From positions 5,728,001 through 5,792,000 of the forward strand of contig OZ220744.1 in the NCBI GenBank assembly GCA_965116925.1: a stretch of 64,000 nucleotides of DNA, in the 5' to 3' direction. This stretch comes from Candidatus Poribacteria bacterium (GTDB taxonomy: Bacteria; Poribacteria; WGA-4E; PCPOR2b). A program made the position numbers and the translations under genes. This document shows positions 38,256 through 48,986 of this stretch, one piece after another. The notes under the pieces were generated by a model, which worked only from the letters and a program-made list of their open reading frames with translations, was not told the DNA's origin and did no database searches. Position 1 is the first letter of the stretch. Each line of letters starts with the position of its first letter.

Positions 38256-40193
38256 CTACTTCTTGTCAAGTAGGTTATATTTCTTCAACTTTCGATAAAT
38301 GGTGACTCGATTGATACCCAGAGCCTGTGCAGCTTTTGTAATATTATTATCTGTCACTTCAAGGGCGTGGACGAGCGCTTGTTTCTCAATCTCTTCAAGG
38401 GAAAGGATTTTGGTTGAAGCAGAGGTAAGGACTGGCATACTGTCGCCATCGCTATCAGGGGTATACCCCACCCCCGTCGAATGCAAATCGTTCAGAGCGG
38501 GATTACTCGCTTGCAACACATCTGACGTCTCTAAAAGCACAGCACGCTCAATCGTGTTCTCCAATTCTCGGACATTGCCGGGCCAGTCATAACTCATTAA
38601 CAATTGCAACACACCGGTGGAAAATCCTGAGATCGGTTTATCAGCAGCCTCGGCATATTCTTGCAAAAAATGGTGTCCCAACAGGGGGATATCTTCACGC
38701 CGTTCTTTGAGCGGTGGAATCGGTATTGGAAAACCGGCAATCCGATAAAAAAGGTCTTCGCGGAACTGACCGGCTTGTACTGCAGCTTCAAGATCTCTAT
38801 TGGTCGCCGCGATGACCCGAACGTTGATGGGAATGTTGCCTGTGCCACCGACACGCTGAAGTTCCCGTTCCTGTAGCACACGCAACAATTTGGCTTGAAC
38901 CAGTGGCTGCATATCAGCGATCTCATCAAGAAAGATGGTTCCCCCATTCGCACTCTCGAATTTTCCAATTCTTTGCGCTGTCGCGCCGGTGAAGGCACCC
39001 CGTTCGTGCCCAAAAAGCTCGCTTTCAATAAGAGACTCAGGAATGGCAGCGCAGTTGACATCGACAAATGGTGCTGCTTTTCGCGGGCTATTAAAATGAA
39101 TGGCTCTTGCGACGAGCTCCTTGCCTGTGCCGCTCTCTCCCTGAATCAGAACGGTAATATTGCTTTCGATAGCTTGCTGCATCAGGGCATAAACCGCTTT
39201 CATCGTTTCGCTCTTGCCGATAATCTTATCGAACGCATATCTCATTTCGAGTTCAGTGCGCAAGCGGGAGACTTCGACCTCCATCTGACTGATTTCAATC
39301 TCTTTGGAAATATCTCGAAAAACAATAATCCGCCCGATGACATTTTGTTCAATATCGTGCACCGGTGCTGTGAATCGGTAGAGCATTTTGCGTTCTGGCC
39401 GGTGAATCTCCGCAACATCTTCAAACACTTTCTCAGGCTGTGCGAGCAGTAAAGTTTCCGTCTCTTCAAAGCGTCCCGGTTCTTGGAAGTACCCTTTAAT
39501 ATGCTCACCGAGGCTCTCGGGCGACATCTGTTTCAGTACCTCCGTCGTCAATTCAAACATATCTTCATATCCTTGATTCGCAAACAACAGACGTCCCGTA
39601 ATATCAAACATCGCGATGGCATCCCCGGTGGAATCAAGAACGGCTTCAAGTCTTTGGCTGCTAATTTCGAGTTGTCGATGTTTGTCCCCCAATTCGCTTT
39701 CTACATTCCACTTCTCCGCAAGTGCAAGCGTTATCTGCTGAATTTCCTCGCGCGCAAATGGCTTTCTGATATAGAGTAGTTTGTGAAGCAGCTCCATTTC
39801 GCGGACAATCTCACCGAGCGATTTATCGGTATACGCAGTCATGAGAACAATCTCAATATTTTCGTCAATAGCTCGAATACGCCGCGTAGTCTCAATACCA
39901 TCGATACCCGGTGGCATTCTTATATCTATGTATGCAACGGCAATTGGGTTATCCGTCTCGATCGCTGCCTTTATCATGTCATAAGCTTTTGCACCGCTTC
40001 TCGCGTGGAGGAGTGTGAATTTCGGGAGAAAACTCTCATCAACCTCTGAAGCAAATGCTTCTGCCAAATCATCTGTCGATTCCCCCGTGGCACCGGGCGT
40101 GAGCATCTCCTCAAAGTCCTGATGTATCTCTCTTTGATCATCAACGACCAAGACACGATAGTTCCAGTTCTTTTTGAATTCCATAATACGCAC
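38256..40193 (-). CDS. sigma-54-dependent response regulator (REC-PAS-AAA+-Fis HTH)
   Basis: [45 protein letters not shown]. Confidence 0.95.
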   Translation of the reverse strand: MRIMEFKKNWNYRVLVVDDQREIHQDFEEMLTPGATGESTDDLAEAFASEVDESFLPKFTLLHARSGAKAYDMIKAAIETDNPIAVAYIDIRMPPGIDGIETTRRIRAIDENIEIVLMTAYTDKSLGEIVREMELLHKLLYIRKPFAREEIQQITLALAEKWNVESELGDKHRQLEISSQRLEAVLDSTGDAIAMFDITGRLLFANQGYEDMFELTTEVLKQMSPESLGEHIKGYFQEPGRFEETETLLLAQPEKVFEDVAEIHRPERKMLYRFTAPVHDIEQNVIGRIIVFRDISKEIEISQMEVEVSRLRTELEMRYAFDKIIGKSETMKAVYALMQQAIESNITVLIQGESGTGKELVARAIHFNSPRKAAPFVDVNCAAIPESLIESELFGHERGAFTGATAQRIGKFESANGGTIFLDEIADMQPLVQAKLLRVLQERELQRVGGTGNIPINVRVIAATNRDLEAAVQAGQFREDLFYRIAGFPIPIPPLKERREDIPLLGHHFLQEYAEAADKPISGFSTGVLQLLMSYDWPGNVRELENTIERAVLLETSDVLQASNPALNDLHSTGVGYTPDSDGDSMPVLTSASTKILSLEEIEKQALVHALEVTDNNITKAAQALGINRVTIYRKLKKYNLLDKK

Positions 40194-40227
40194 CTATGTT
40201 GCGTTCATTCATTTGGGAGGATCGGAT

Positions 40228-40249
40228 GTAGATCCCAATTTATAGGGAT
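40228..40249 (+). repeat. REP-like hairpin
   Basis: GTAGATCCCAATTTATAGGGAT between kinase and regulator genes. Confidence 0.4.
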
Positions 40250-40255
40250 GAATTC

Positions 40256-42295
40256 TCATGGGGTAAGGGCAGAAAGCGGGAGGATAACTCGCATCGTTGT
40301 CCCCTTACCGATACCATCGCTTAATGGGTAAATCTTCCCATCCAATCCATCAACGAAGTTCGCTATCGAATGCAGACCGAGTCCACTGCCCGACTCTTTG
40401 GTTGTATAATCTCCCTCAAAAATCATTGTGAACTTGTCTTTTTCAATGCCAATACCGTTATCAATTACCTCTAGGATAAAAGAGGTCAATTTAACATTAC
40501 ACCGGATTCTGATGGCAGGAGGTTCACTGAGACCTATTGATGCAGCAAGTTCGTCTATAGCTTCGACCGAATTTTTGATAAGATTAACCAACATTTGATG
40601 AAATTGACTCTCTTGTGTCCGAATCTCTTCCGGTGTATTCTTGCAATCAACATGAATTTCGATATCTCTTTTCTTAATAGACTCCGCCAACACCGTAATA
40701 GCATCGTCTATTGCCTGCTGAAGATTGACGTCTTTTCGATACACACTGCTTCTGCCGAGTGACTTCTGCATTCTGACGATATCAGCGATATGCTCAGCTC
40801 TATCCTGCACACGACTGACCGTCTCTGCCAACTTTTTATCTTGGCTCATAAAGTCATCTGCGAGGCCCATGATAAAAGGTGCAACTTTTTGACCTTGTGG
40901 ATGATTCGTGACATAATCGCCAAAGTCATCTTGATGGCCCTCAATTGCATTTGCCAATGCCCTGAGCCGGCTGGTCAGTCGATTCTTTATTAGATTTTCG
41001 TAAACGGTCCCAATGCCTATTGTCACGCTATTGATAGCATTCCCAATATTGTGAAGCAATGTATCGACAATCTCCAACCGCCCCTGCGTGTAAGCGCGGG
41101 CGAGGGCTTCGTCCGTTCGCTTACGCTCGGTGACATCGCGAAAAACGATGACGCCTCCCCTTTGCTTGCCCAATTCATCTTGTAATGGTCTACCGGCAAC
41201 CTCAATGTAAACCCCCTGTGGCACCTTTTCATTGCGTATAAACATTTCAACGTTGTCTGAAAACTCGCCATGGATTGCGCGTGTTAGTGGAAATTCATCT
41301 GATGGAAACGGGGTGATAGTATCGGGAAGAAATAAGCCATATTGTTCAGGCAATTCACTAAGCGTTGTTCCTATGGCAATATCAATAAGTCCTTCAGCCT
41401 CCGGGTTGAAGAACAAAAAATTCCCGTTTTCATCGGCGACAATCACGCCATCGCCCATACTATCCAGAATAGATTGCAAGATTCGGGTTTGACTCTGTAG
41501 CGCATCCGCTGTCAACCGCAGTGCCTCCTCCGCTTCTTTACGTCTAGTGATGTTGCGGAAGACCAAAACGACGCCAGTTGCGTTTTTCTTGTCATTTCTG
41601 ATGGGGGCAGCACTGTAGTCAATAGGAGTCTGTTTGCCATCACGGGCAGCGAGTATGTTCGGTTCCGTCAAACCGACAATAATTCCGCTCTGAAGTGCTT
41701 CCATGATATGTGTCTTGATGGAAGTTTCTGTCTCCTCGCTAATCACATTAAAGACCTCTTCCAGATCTTTACCAAAGGCGTCCTCTTGTCTCCAACCCGT
41801 CAGATCTTCGGCAACGGAATTGATAAATTGAACGCGCCCTTTTTCGTTCGTAGCAATCACGGCGTCACCAATACTTCTCAGAATTGTCGAAAGCCACTGT
41901 TCGCTCTCTTTAAATTTCCGCTCCATCTCATGCCTGTAGAGCGCGATCTCAATGTTAAGGTGTAATCTCCGTTCAGCAAACGGTTTGAGCACATAGCCAA
42001 AAGGCTCGGCTATCTGTGCGCGTTTCAGTAGGCGTTGATCGACATAAGCTGTTAGATATACCACAGGAATATTGAAACGGGTACGCATCTGTTCAGCGGC
42101 AGCTATTCCGTCCATATCTCCTGCCAACATCATATCTATCAGTGCCAAATCTGGATGTACCTCTGCTGCTTTTTGCATCGCTGCTTCGCCGGACGAAACG
42201 ACAGCACAAACGCCATATCCCAGACTTTTCAACAGATGTTCAATGTACCCTACGACATCGCTATCATCTTCAACAATCAGTATCTGTTTTGCCAT
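40256..42295 (-). CDS. hybrid sensor histidine kinase (REC-PAS-PAS-HisKA-HATPase)
   Basis: ILIVEDD, two PAS domains (SIGDAVI, SMGDGVI), LLHNIGN, NLIKNS, DNGIGI, GSGLGL. Confidence 0.93.
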   Translation of the reverse strand: MAKQILIVEDDSDVVGYIEHLLKSLGYGVCAVVSSGEAAMQKAAEVHPDLALIDMMLAGDMDGIAAAEQMRTRFNIPVVYLTAYVDQRLLKRAQIAEPFGYVLKPFAERRLHLNIEIALYRHEMERKFKESEQWLSTILRSIGDAVIATNEKGRVQFINSVAEDLTGWRQEDAFGKDLEEVFNVISEETETSIKTHIMEALQSGIIVGLTEPNILAARDGKQTPIDYSAAPIRNDKKNATGVVLVFRNITRRKEAEEALRLTADALQSQTRILQSILDSMGDGVIVADENGNFLFFNPEAEGLIDIAIGTTLSELPEQYGLFLPDTITPFPSDEFPLTRAIHGEFSDNVEMFIRNEKVPQGVYIEVAGRPLQDELGKQRGGVIVFRDVTERKRTDEALARAYTQGRLEIVDTLLHNIGNAINSVTIGIGTVYENLIKNRLTSRLRALANAIEGHQDDFGDYVTNHPQGQKVAPFIMGLADDFMSQDKKLAETVSRVQDRAEHIADIVRMQKSLGRSSVYRKDVNLQQAIDDAITVLAESIKKRDIEIHVDCKNTPEEIRTQESQFHQMLVNLIKNSVEAIDELAASIGLSEPPAIRIRCNVKLTSFILEVIDNGIGIEKDKFTMIFEGDYTTKESGSGLGLHSIANFVDGLDGKIYPLSDGIGKGTTMRVILPLSALTP

Positions 42296-42326
42296 TGTTG
42301 TATGTACCTTTTCTTTTTATATTAAT

Positions 42327-42653
42327 GAGGGGTGTGCATGTGTAGACATCTTAGTAGATTAATCTAAGTTGCTAGACCGGCGCGGTTTTCCCCCGCGCCT
42401 ACCGTGTGTTTCGAGGAAAATCGGGATTACCGATTTAAATACTTAAACTTCATCTGGAGCGCAGGCATTGACCTTACCACCTTCTATAGACATATCGCTC
42501 CGCTAGAGTGAAGGTTTCCGTCAGATCAGCGGGACTTCTGTGTATTCGACTTGTTGAAGCAACGTCAGTCCGGAAGCATTTTTGTTTGCCTATCGATGTT
42601 TTCTGCGTAATCAGCTGACTCCGTGATTCAGACAATAATGATGCACACCCCTC
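42327..42653. mobile_element. MITE family C (13-bp TIR, 8-bp TSD)
   Basis: GAGGGGTGTGCAT...ATGCACACCCCTC flanked by ATATTAAT (42319-42326, 42654-42661); internal REP at 42377-42403. Confidence 0.85.
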
Positions 42654-42706
42654 ATATTAATACAGAACGAGCCAACTCGTATCCCTGAATCATCGCGAAA
42701 AACCGC

Positions 42707-42735
42707 TTGCCTCTGACCGAACTTTCTGATACACT
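42707..42735 (+). promoter_or_regulatory. sigma70-like promoter (extended -10)
   Basis: TTGCCT-17nt-TACACT with TGn. Confidence 0.45.
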
Positions 42736-42982
42736 TTGATAGTGTTAACGTGCTGTAAGGGCTCACGACGTACGAAATTAGACAGACTCCCCTTGTTACT
42801 GGTTTAATTAAATTTCACAATCATACAAAAATGCGCCTAATGCTGAATGGAGTAAACGCTTACCTTGCCTATCGCTTACTTGTATTGCGATAGGTGATGC
42901 TTCCCAAGACTTCCACCCTTGGATAACTAATTCAACCTTTTAAGCTGGTAAGACAGACTTTCCACAAAAGAGGTGAGATATA

Positions 42983-43780
42983 ATGCCCGAAGGACTACAA
43001 GAACAACGAATCCTAGCGATGTTTATTGATTTTGAAAACCTTGCTATCGGATTCGAGCAGAAACAGAAGGAGAAAAAGGGGCGCGACGAACAGACTGTTT
43101 TTGATGTTCAGAAGGTTTTGGGACGCCTCGTCGAAAAGGGAAACGTCGTTGTCAAAACCGCTTACGCCGACTGGCATCGCTTTTTTAAGCACCGACAATC
43201 ACTCCACGAAGCTGGCATTGAGTTAATCGAAATTCCAAGGCGTTCACGGAGCGGTAAAAACTCAGCGGATATTCGTCTATGTGTTGATGCGATTGATTTG
43301 TGCTACTCAAAGGAACATATCGACACCTTTGTCGTTATTTCGGGGGATAGCGACTTCGCACCCCTTGTTTCAAAACTCAAGGAGAATGGAAAGTATGTTA
43401 TTGGGATGGGGCGGAAAGAATCCACCTCAAGTCTTCTGAGCGAAAACTGTGATGAGTTCATCTATTATGAGGAGCTTGAGCAGGATGAGACCACAGATCA
43501 GCGGGCTGAACGGAATATCCCAAGAGAATTACGGGAGGTCTTTGATCTGCTATTCAGCACCATCCGTGGGCTCATCCGTGAAAACCATGAAGTCCTATGG
43601 TCTTCAATGATTAAAGATACAATAAAGCGGAAACGCCCCTCCTTCAGCGAATCTTCTTATGGATTCAAATCTTTTAGCGAACTTTTAGAAGATGCGGAAA
43701 GCAGGGGGTTTATCACGCTGGAGAAGAATCCACGCAGTGGCACGTACGTCGTCGCAGGTTTTACCGAAAAGATGAGATAG
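42983..43780 (+). CDS. NYN domain (LabA/DUF88) ribonuclease with OST-HTH/LOTUS domain
   Basis: FIDFEN, AYADW, GKNSAD, SGDSDF, CDEFIYY; C-terminal FSESSYGFKSFSELL. Confidence 0.92.
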   Translation: MPEGLQEQRILAMFIDFENLAIGFEQKQKEKKGRDEQTVFDVQKVLGRLVEKGNVVVKTAYADWHRFFKHRQSLHEAGIELIEIPRRSRSGKNSADIRLCVDAIDLCYSKEHIDTFVVISGDSDFAPLVSKLKENGKYVIGMGRKESTSSLLSENCDEFIYYEELEQDETTDQRAERNIPRELREVFDLLFSTIRGLIRENHEVLWSSMIKDTIKRKRPSFSESSYGFKSFSELLEDAESRGFITLEKNPRSGTYVVAGFTEKMR

Positions 43781-43833
43781 CTGATCAAATCCTTTAAGGC
43801 GCTTTGAACCTTTGAGATAAGAGATCGCTAAAA

Positions 43834-45093
43834 ATGGGCGAGGTTTTAGGTCTTTCCAACATATCACCTTATATTCGCCGCCTATTGCAAGAGATTGGGA
43901 GGGTTGGGGAAAAGAAATCCCAGTCCGTCTATGTCGTTGGAGGTTTTGTTCGAGACCTCCTCATCGGGCGCGAGAATTTAGATATCGATATTGTTGTCGA
44001 GGGCAATGCGGTTGATTTTGCCTGCCAACTTGCTGAAGTGTGGGCAAGCAAGGTACAGCCACATCCCCAATTCAAAACTGCGACCATCACCCGGCTCGAT
44101 GGGTTGCAACTCGATTTTGTCAGCGCACGCAACGAAACTTATCCAAGCCCCGGAGCGTTACCTTCCGTTGAATATAGTACAATTACGGCGGACCTATGTC
44201 GGCGCGATTTTTCAATCAACGCTCTCGCTATGCGACTTCAGCCCAATGCTTTTGGCGAGCTAGTTGATTGTACGGATGGACTGCAAGATTTGCGGGCCGG
44301 GCGCATTCGTGTCCTGCATGAGCAAAGCTTCATTGATGATCCAACCCGCATTTTCCGGGCGATACGGTATGAGGGGCGTTACAATTTTCAGATTACCGAA
44401 ATCGATCAGCAGCGGATGCTCGATGCAATCAAGCAGGGTGTACTGAATCTCATCAGCGGGCAGCGCATCCGAAACGAAATTGACTACATATTGTCAGAAG
44501 CAGCCGCACCGCAAATGATTAATCGGATGGACGCATTTGATCTCTTTGACGCCATCCACCCGACTTGGAAAATCTCTCCAAATTTTGATGTACTTTGGAC
44601 TACCGCCGGTCAAGCGATTGAATGGGCATCAGCATCTTTCCCAAACGATCCAATGAACACAAGCGCAATACTTTGGATGACGCTGCTAACTGCCGTGGAT
44701 TCAATTGAAGTGATTGGCAGCCGATTGGGACTAGAAAATGCGTTATGCACCAAACTTAGCACTCAAGTGCAGTTAGAACACGCTTTGAACGCGCTCTCGG
44801 CATCTTCCAAGCCGAGTGAAGTTTATCAGTTGTTAAATTCTTATCCCCTAGAGCCGATTGTTTTTGCGCGGATGCAATCGAGCCAACCCGCTTGGCGGGT
44901 GGAAAAGATGAGTAACTATCTGATGCATTTGAGAACCGTTCAGCCCTTAATTACCGGCGACGACCTCATTCAACGGGGTTTAAAACCGGGCAGGGCGTTT
45001 TCAGATCTGTTGTGGCAGGCATTTGCCGCGCAGCTAGACGGAAAAGTATCAACCACACAGGAGATTTACCAACTTTTGGATATTGAGAACTAA
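43834..45093 (+). CDS. class II tRNA nucleotidyltransferase (CCA/A-adding)
   Basis: VGGFVRDLL, DIDIVV, RRDFSINA, SFIDDPTRIFRA, ITGDDL. Confidence 0.92.
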   Translation: MGEVLGLSNISPYIRRLLQEIGRVGEKKSQSVYVVGGFVRDLLIGRENLDIDIVVEGNAVDFACQLAEVWASKVQPHPQFKTATITRLDGLQLDFVSARNETYPSPGALPSVEYSTITADLCRRDFSINALAMRLQPNAFGELVDCTDGLQDLRAGRIRVLHEQSFIDDPTRIFRAIRYEGRYNFQITEIDQQRMLDAIKQGVLNLISGQRIRNEIDYILSEAAAPQMINRMDAFDLFDAIHPTWKISPNFDVLWTTAGQAIEWASASFPNDPMNTSAILWMTLLTAVDSIEVIGSRLGLENALCTKLSTQVQLEHALNALSASSKPSEVYQLLNSYPLEPIVFARMQSSQPAWRVEKMSNYLMHLRTVQPLITGDDLIQRGLKPGRAFSDLLWQAFAAQLDGKVSTTQEIYQLLDIEN

Positions 45094-45779
45094 TGTTTAA
45101 CATCGACCCTTATCAAGCCATCCTTCGCGTCTGTCAATTTATCGTTTTGCTCACCTTTCATGAATGGGGACATGCGAAATCAGCCAATATGCTCGGTGAT
45201 CCGACCGCCGAAGATGAAGGCAGAATGTCATTCAATCCCGCGGTACATATTGATCTAATCGGAACAATCGCTCTACCGCTGCTTGGTACTTTATTTGGCG
45301 GCACCTTTTTTGGTTGGGCAAAGCCCGTGCCCGTGAACCCACGCAATTTGAGAAATCCCAAACGCGACCTTATGATTATTGCCGCAGCAGGTCCCGTCAT
45401 GAATATTCTCTGCACTATCGTCATCTTGGGCATTGCCAAGCTCCTAAAGGTAACAATTGGATTCCCTGAAATGGGATCATCCACACAATTTCAAATCTAC
45501 AGAATTCTGCTGCTCCAAAGTGGGATTATCAGCATTTTTCTGGCAGTATTCAATATGCTCCCCCTGTTCCCGCTCGATGGATTTAGCGTCGTATATGGGT
45601 TGCTGCCGTGGCGGCAGGCGCAAGCGTTCGCAAGGCTACGTCCCTATGGGATGATCATTCTAATGTGCATTATTTTTGTGCCCAGCCTGCTAAACTTCTG
45701 GAACCCGGTCTTCTGGTTTATTGGGGAAGTTTCGTACGGTATTTTCAATCTGATCGCAACCCTCGTGGGTTTGAGATGA
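45093..45779 (+). CDS. site-2 protease (M50 family)
   Basis: HEWGH, GWAKPVP, AAGP, FNMLPLFPLDG. Confidence 0.93.
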   Translation: MFNIDPYQAILRVCQFIVLLTFHEWGHAKSANMLGDPTAEDEGRMSFNPAVHIDLIGTIALPLLGTLFGGTFFGWAKPVPVNPRNLRNPKRDLMIIAAAGPVMNILCTIVILGIAKLLKVTIGFPEMGSSTQFQIYRILLLQSGIISIFLAVFNMLPLFPLDGFSVVYGLLPWRQAQAFARLRPYGMIILMCIIFVPSLLNFWNPVFWFIGEVSYGIFNLIATLVGLR

Positions 45780-45792
45780 ATTTAAGGGAAAA

Positions 45793-46797
45793 ATGGATTT
45801 GGAGGCAATAACAGAAATGGAAAAAACGCGACTAGTGACTGGAATTCGTCCGACAGGACCGCTACACATTGGGCATCTCGAAGGGATGTTGACAAACACA
45901 GCAAACCTGCAAGACAAATACGAGTGTTATCCATTCATCGCAGACTGGCATTCACTCACCGATGTAACCGATACCTCAAACCTGCCTGAATACACATTGA
46001 ACGCAGCGATTGACTGGTTGAGCGCGGGAATCGATCCGGACAAGAGCACCCTCTTCGTTCAGTCGCACGTCATGGAACATGCGGAACTCGCCACTTTACT
46101 TACGATGGTTACGCCGGTATCTTGGCTTGAACGGTGTCCAACGTACAAAGACAAAATTCAAGATATCACGCAACGCGAGGGACCCTCTACCGGTTTACTA
46201 GAGTATCCGGTATTGATGACCGCGGATATCATTGTTTACAAAGCAGAAATGGTAACGGTTGGAGCGGATCAGGTTGCCCATCTGGAAATTTCGAGGGAAA
46301 TCGTTCGCCGATTTAACCATATTTACGGTGAGGTTTTCCCAGAACCGCAGCCCATGTTGAGCGAAGCCTCCGGGTTACCGGGCCTTGATGGACGCAAGAT
46401 GAGTAAAAGCTACGGTAACGCCATTCAGTTATCAGATCCACCTGAAGCAACACAGCAAAACCTTATGAAAATGGTAACAGATCCGGGACGGGTACGTCGC
46501 AACGATCCCGGCAATCCCGATGTCTGTCCTGTCTTCGCATACCATCAGATCTACAACCCCGACGAAGTACCGCAGATCGATAAGGATTGCCGTGCTGCTG
46601 CAATCGGTTGTGTCGACTGTAAACGGAATCTCAACGAAAAGTTAATCACTAAATTGACCCCCTTTTACGAAAGACGCTCAGAATGGGCAGCCAAGCCGAA
46701 AACCGTTCGTGATGTCCTTGCCGAAGGAGCGAGGCGGGCAAAAAAGGTCGCTCAAGAAACAATGGCAGAAGTTCGATCTGCAATGAAGTTAGCGTAA
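45793..46797 (+). CDS. trpS: tryptophanyl-tRNA synthetase
   Basis: TGIRPTG.LHIGH, ADWHSLT, YPVLMTAD, KMSKS. Confidence 0.97.
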   Translation: MDLEAITEMEKTRLVTGIRPTGPLHIGHLEGMLTNTANLQDKYECYPFIADWHSLTDVTDTSNLPEYTLNAAIDWLSAGIDPDKSTLFVQSHVMEHAELATLLTMVTPVSWLERCPTYKDKIQDITQREGPSTGLLEYPVLMTADIIVYKAEMVTVGADQVAHLEISREIVRRFNHIYGEVFPEPQPMLSEASGLPGLDGRKMSKSYGNAIQLSDPPEATQQNLMKMVTDPGRVRRNDPGNPDVCPVFAYHQIYNPDEVPQIDKDCRAAAIGCVDCKRNLNEKLITKLTPFYERRSEWAAKPKTVRDVLAEGARRAKKVAQETMAEVRSAMKLA

Positions 46798-46836
46798 AAC
46801 TTGACACCAAAGCAAACGAATTGGGGAGGAGAACAT

Positions 46837-47100
46837 ATGGCATCTGTAAAGACCACTATCGTCCAGATTGGTGACTCTCAAGGCATTCTTATACCAAAGC
46901 ACCTACTAGAACAATACCATCTACAGGAAGAGGTCGAACTAGAACCGAGAGGAAATTACCTAATCATCAAGGCACTAACTACACCAAGAGCCGGCTGGAC
47001 TGAGATGTTTCGCAAAATGGCAGAGAAGGGTGATGATGCAATACTGGATGAAGATATATCCCTGGAAACAACATGGGACCGGGAAGAATGGCAATGGTGA
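46837..47100 (+). CDS. AbrB/MazE-type antitoxin
   Basis: IVQIGDSQGILIPK swapped-hairpin motif, PRAGW, WDREEWQW. Confidence 0.88.
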   Translation: MASVKTTIVQIGDSQGILIPKHLLEQYHLQEEVELEPRGNYLIIKALTTPRAGWTEMFRKMAEKGDDAILDEDISLETTWDREEWQW

Positions 47101-47417
47101 TTGAACGCTTTGAGGTTTATTTAGTCAATCTTGATCCGACGCAAGGTCGAGAGATCCAAAAAACGTGACCCTGTCTTGTTATTTCTCCAAATGAACTGAA
47201 TCATTATATTGGAACAATCATCATCGCCCCTATGACGACAAAAGGTAGAGATTATCCCACTCGCGTACCTGTTACTTTCCAAGGTAAAAACGGGCAAATT
47301 GTTCTCGACCAGATTCGTACTGTGGATAAGACCCGACTGTTTAGGCGGCTAGGACAGATTGATGAAAATACAGCGCAAAGGGTCCTTGAGGTATTAGCCG
47401 AAATATTCGCGCCATAG
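47094..47417 (+). pseudogene. PemK/MazF toxin with in-frame TGA at conserved Arg
   Basis: MVIERFEVYLVNLDPTQGREIQKT*PCLVISP...APMTT...DQIRTVDK; TGA at 47166-47168. Confidence 0.9.
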
Positions 47418-47438
47418 AAAGGGAATAAGGTAGTCTGC

Positions 47439-48197
47439 ATGGACCCTACAACCCCAATTACTAATCTCCAACCACTAAAACCTATTTATGCAATTAAACT
47501 AGATGTCTTTGAAGGTCCGTTGGATTTGCTGCTCCATCTAATCCAACAGAATGAGATGGCGATCACAGATGTCTCAATTGCAGAAATTACGGAGCAGTAT
47601 CTAGAATATCTCAACTTAATGGAGATGCTAGATCTCGATGTTGCATCGGAATTTTTGGTTATGGCAGCGACACTGCTTCATCTCAAGTCCCAAATCATTC
47701 TCCCCTCAACGGACTCCGATGAATCCTACACTTTCAAGGATCGTGAAGAACTAGTTCAGCAGCTTTTGGAGTACAAGCAATTCAAAGAAGCGGCCCAAAC
47801 GCTAGATTACTACGCAACAAACCACGAGAAAGTCTATGGTCGCAGTGTAGATTCATACGGAGATGTAGAAGATTTGCGGGAAGTACAGATTAAAGCAACA
47901 CTCTTTGATCTGCTTTCTGCCTTTCAGTATATAACCGAGCGGGAATTTGCGATTGATGACGTTTATGAGGAAATCCATGAAGAACAGATTACCGTCGAAG
48001 AGAAGATGGAGTTTCTAGAGCGTAGGCTTAACGCCGGCGAGCAGATCCGGTTCGAGGAACTATTTTCAGAGTATGCCAGCAAGCTTGAGAGAATTGTTAC
48101 ATTTTTAGCAATTTTAGAACTGATACGTCTCCAGCGAATCGTTGCTGTTCAATCGGGGCACTTCGATAATATTTATATCGTTAAACGTGATGCGTAA
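47439..48197 (+). CDS. scpA: segregation and condensation protein A
   Basis: FEGPLDLLLHLI, EFLVMAATL, TFLAILEL. Confidence 0.96.
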   Translation: MDPTTPITNLQPLKPIYAIKLDVFEGPLDLLLHLIQQNEMAITDVSIAEITEQYLEYLNLMEMLDLDVASEFLVMAATLLHLKSQIILPSTDSDESYTFKDREELVQQLLEYKQFKEAAQTLDYYATNHEKVYGRSVDSYGDVEDLREVQIKATLFDLLSAFQYITEREFAIDDVYEEIHEEQITVEEKMEFLERRLNAGEQIRFEELFSEYASKLERIVTFLAILELIRLQRIVAVQSGHFDNIYIVKRDA

Positions 48198-48279
48198 GGA
48201 AAGTATCAAGTCAACACAATTTTAATTCATCAAAAGTCACCCCTTAAAAACCAATCCTAAACCCAATGGAACTTCGCCT

Positions 48280-48876
48280 ATGTCTGACACCCAATATCCA
48301 CTCCTTATAGATGTAGCTAGTCCACTAGTACATAATCCAGACGAAATCAAGTCAGTCCTCGAAGCCGTTCTGTTCGCTGCCAGTGAGCCGATTTCGTTGG
48401 AGCAGTTCGGTCAATTGTTCGAGGAGATATCCACTTGGCAGATCCGTCAACAACTTATGCAGTTGCGGGATGAGTATCAGGAAACAAATCGCAGCTTTCA
48501 ACTCATTGAGATTGCCAACGGATTTCAGATCTGTACACGCGCCGAGTATCACCCGTGGATTGAAAAATTTCACACGCGCCAGATTCGTGTTAAACTCTCG
48601 CCTTCCGCTCTGGAAGCCCTCGCTATCGTCGCCTATAAACAACCCGTGACCCGATCCGAAGTTGAGGAGATTCGTGGTGTCAACAGCGATAGCGTCTTGA
48701 ATTCGCTGATCGAAAAGCGGATGGTTCGCATCGCCGGACGGAAACCCGGTCCGGGGCGCTCGCTCTTACTTGCAACCACAGATGATTTTCTGGAACAGTT
48801 CGGGTTGAAAGATCTGTCAGCACTCCCCTCAATGGAGGAGATTGAAGAGATCTTGAATCAGTCGGCTGAGGAGTAG
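48280..48876 (+). CDS. scpB: segregation and condensation protein B
   Basis: LEAVLFA, ALEALAIVAYKQPVTR, IRGV, FLEQFGL. Confidence 0.96.
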   Translation: MSDTQYPLLIDVASPLVHNPDEIKSVLEAVLFAASEPISLEQFGQLFEEISTWQIRQQLMQLRDEYQETNRSFQLIEIANGFQICTRAEYHPWIEKFHTRQIRVKLSPSALEALAIVAYKQPVTRSEVEEIRGVNSDSVLNSLIEKRMVRIAGRKPGPGRSLLLATTDDFLEQFGLKDLSALPSMEEIEEILNQSAEE

Positions 48877-48986
48877 TTCCCTGAACGGGATGGACTTGGA
48901 TTTCGTTGCGCTCAATTGGCAACGCCGTTCCATTCTAATCCTAACGCAGAATAACAGCAATGAAACGTTAAATCCGGAGAGTTCTA

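Noticed and set aside
47166..47168. Selenocysteine or alternative genetic code at the mazF TGA
   Set aside because: The position requires Arg, and TGA is used as a normal stop by many genes in this window.
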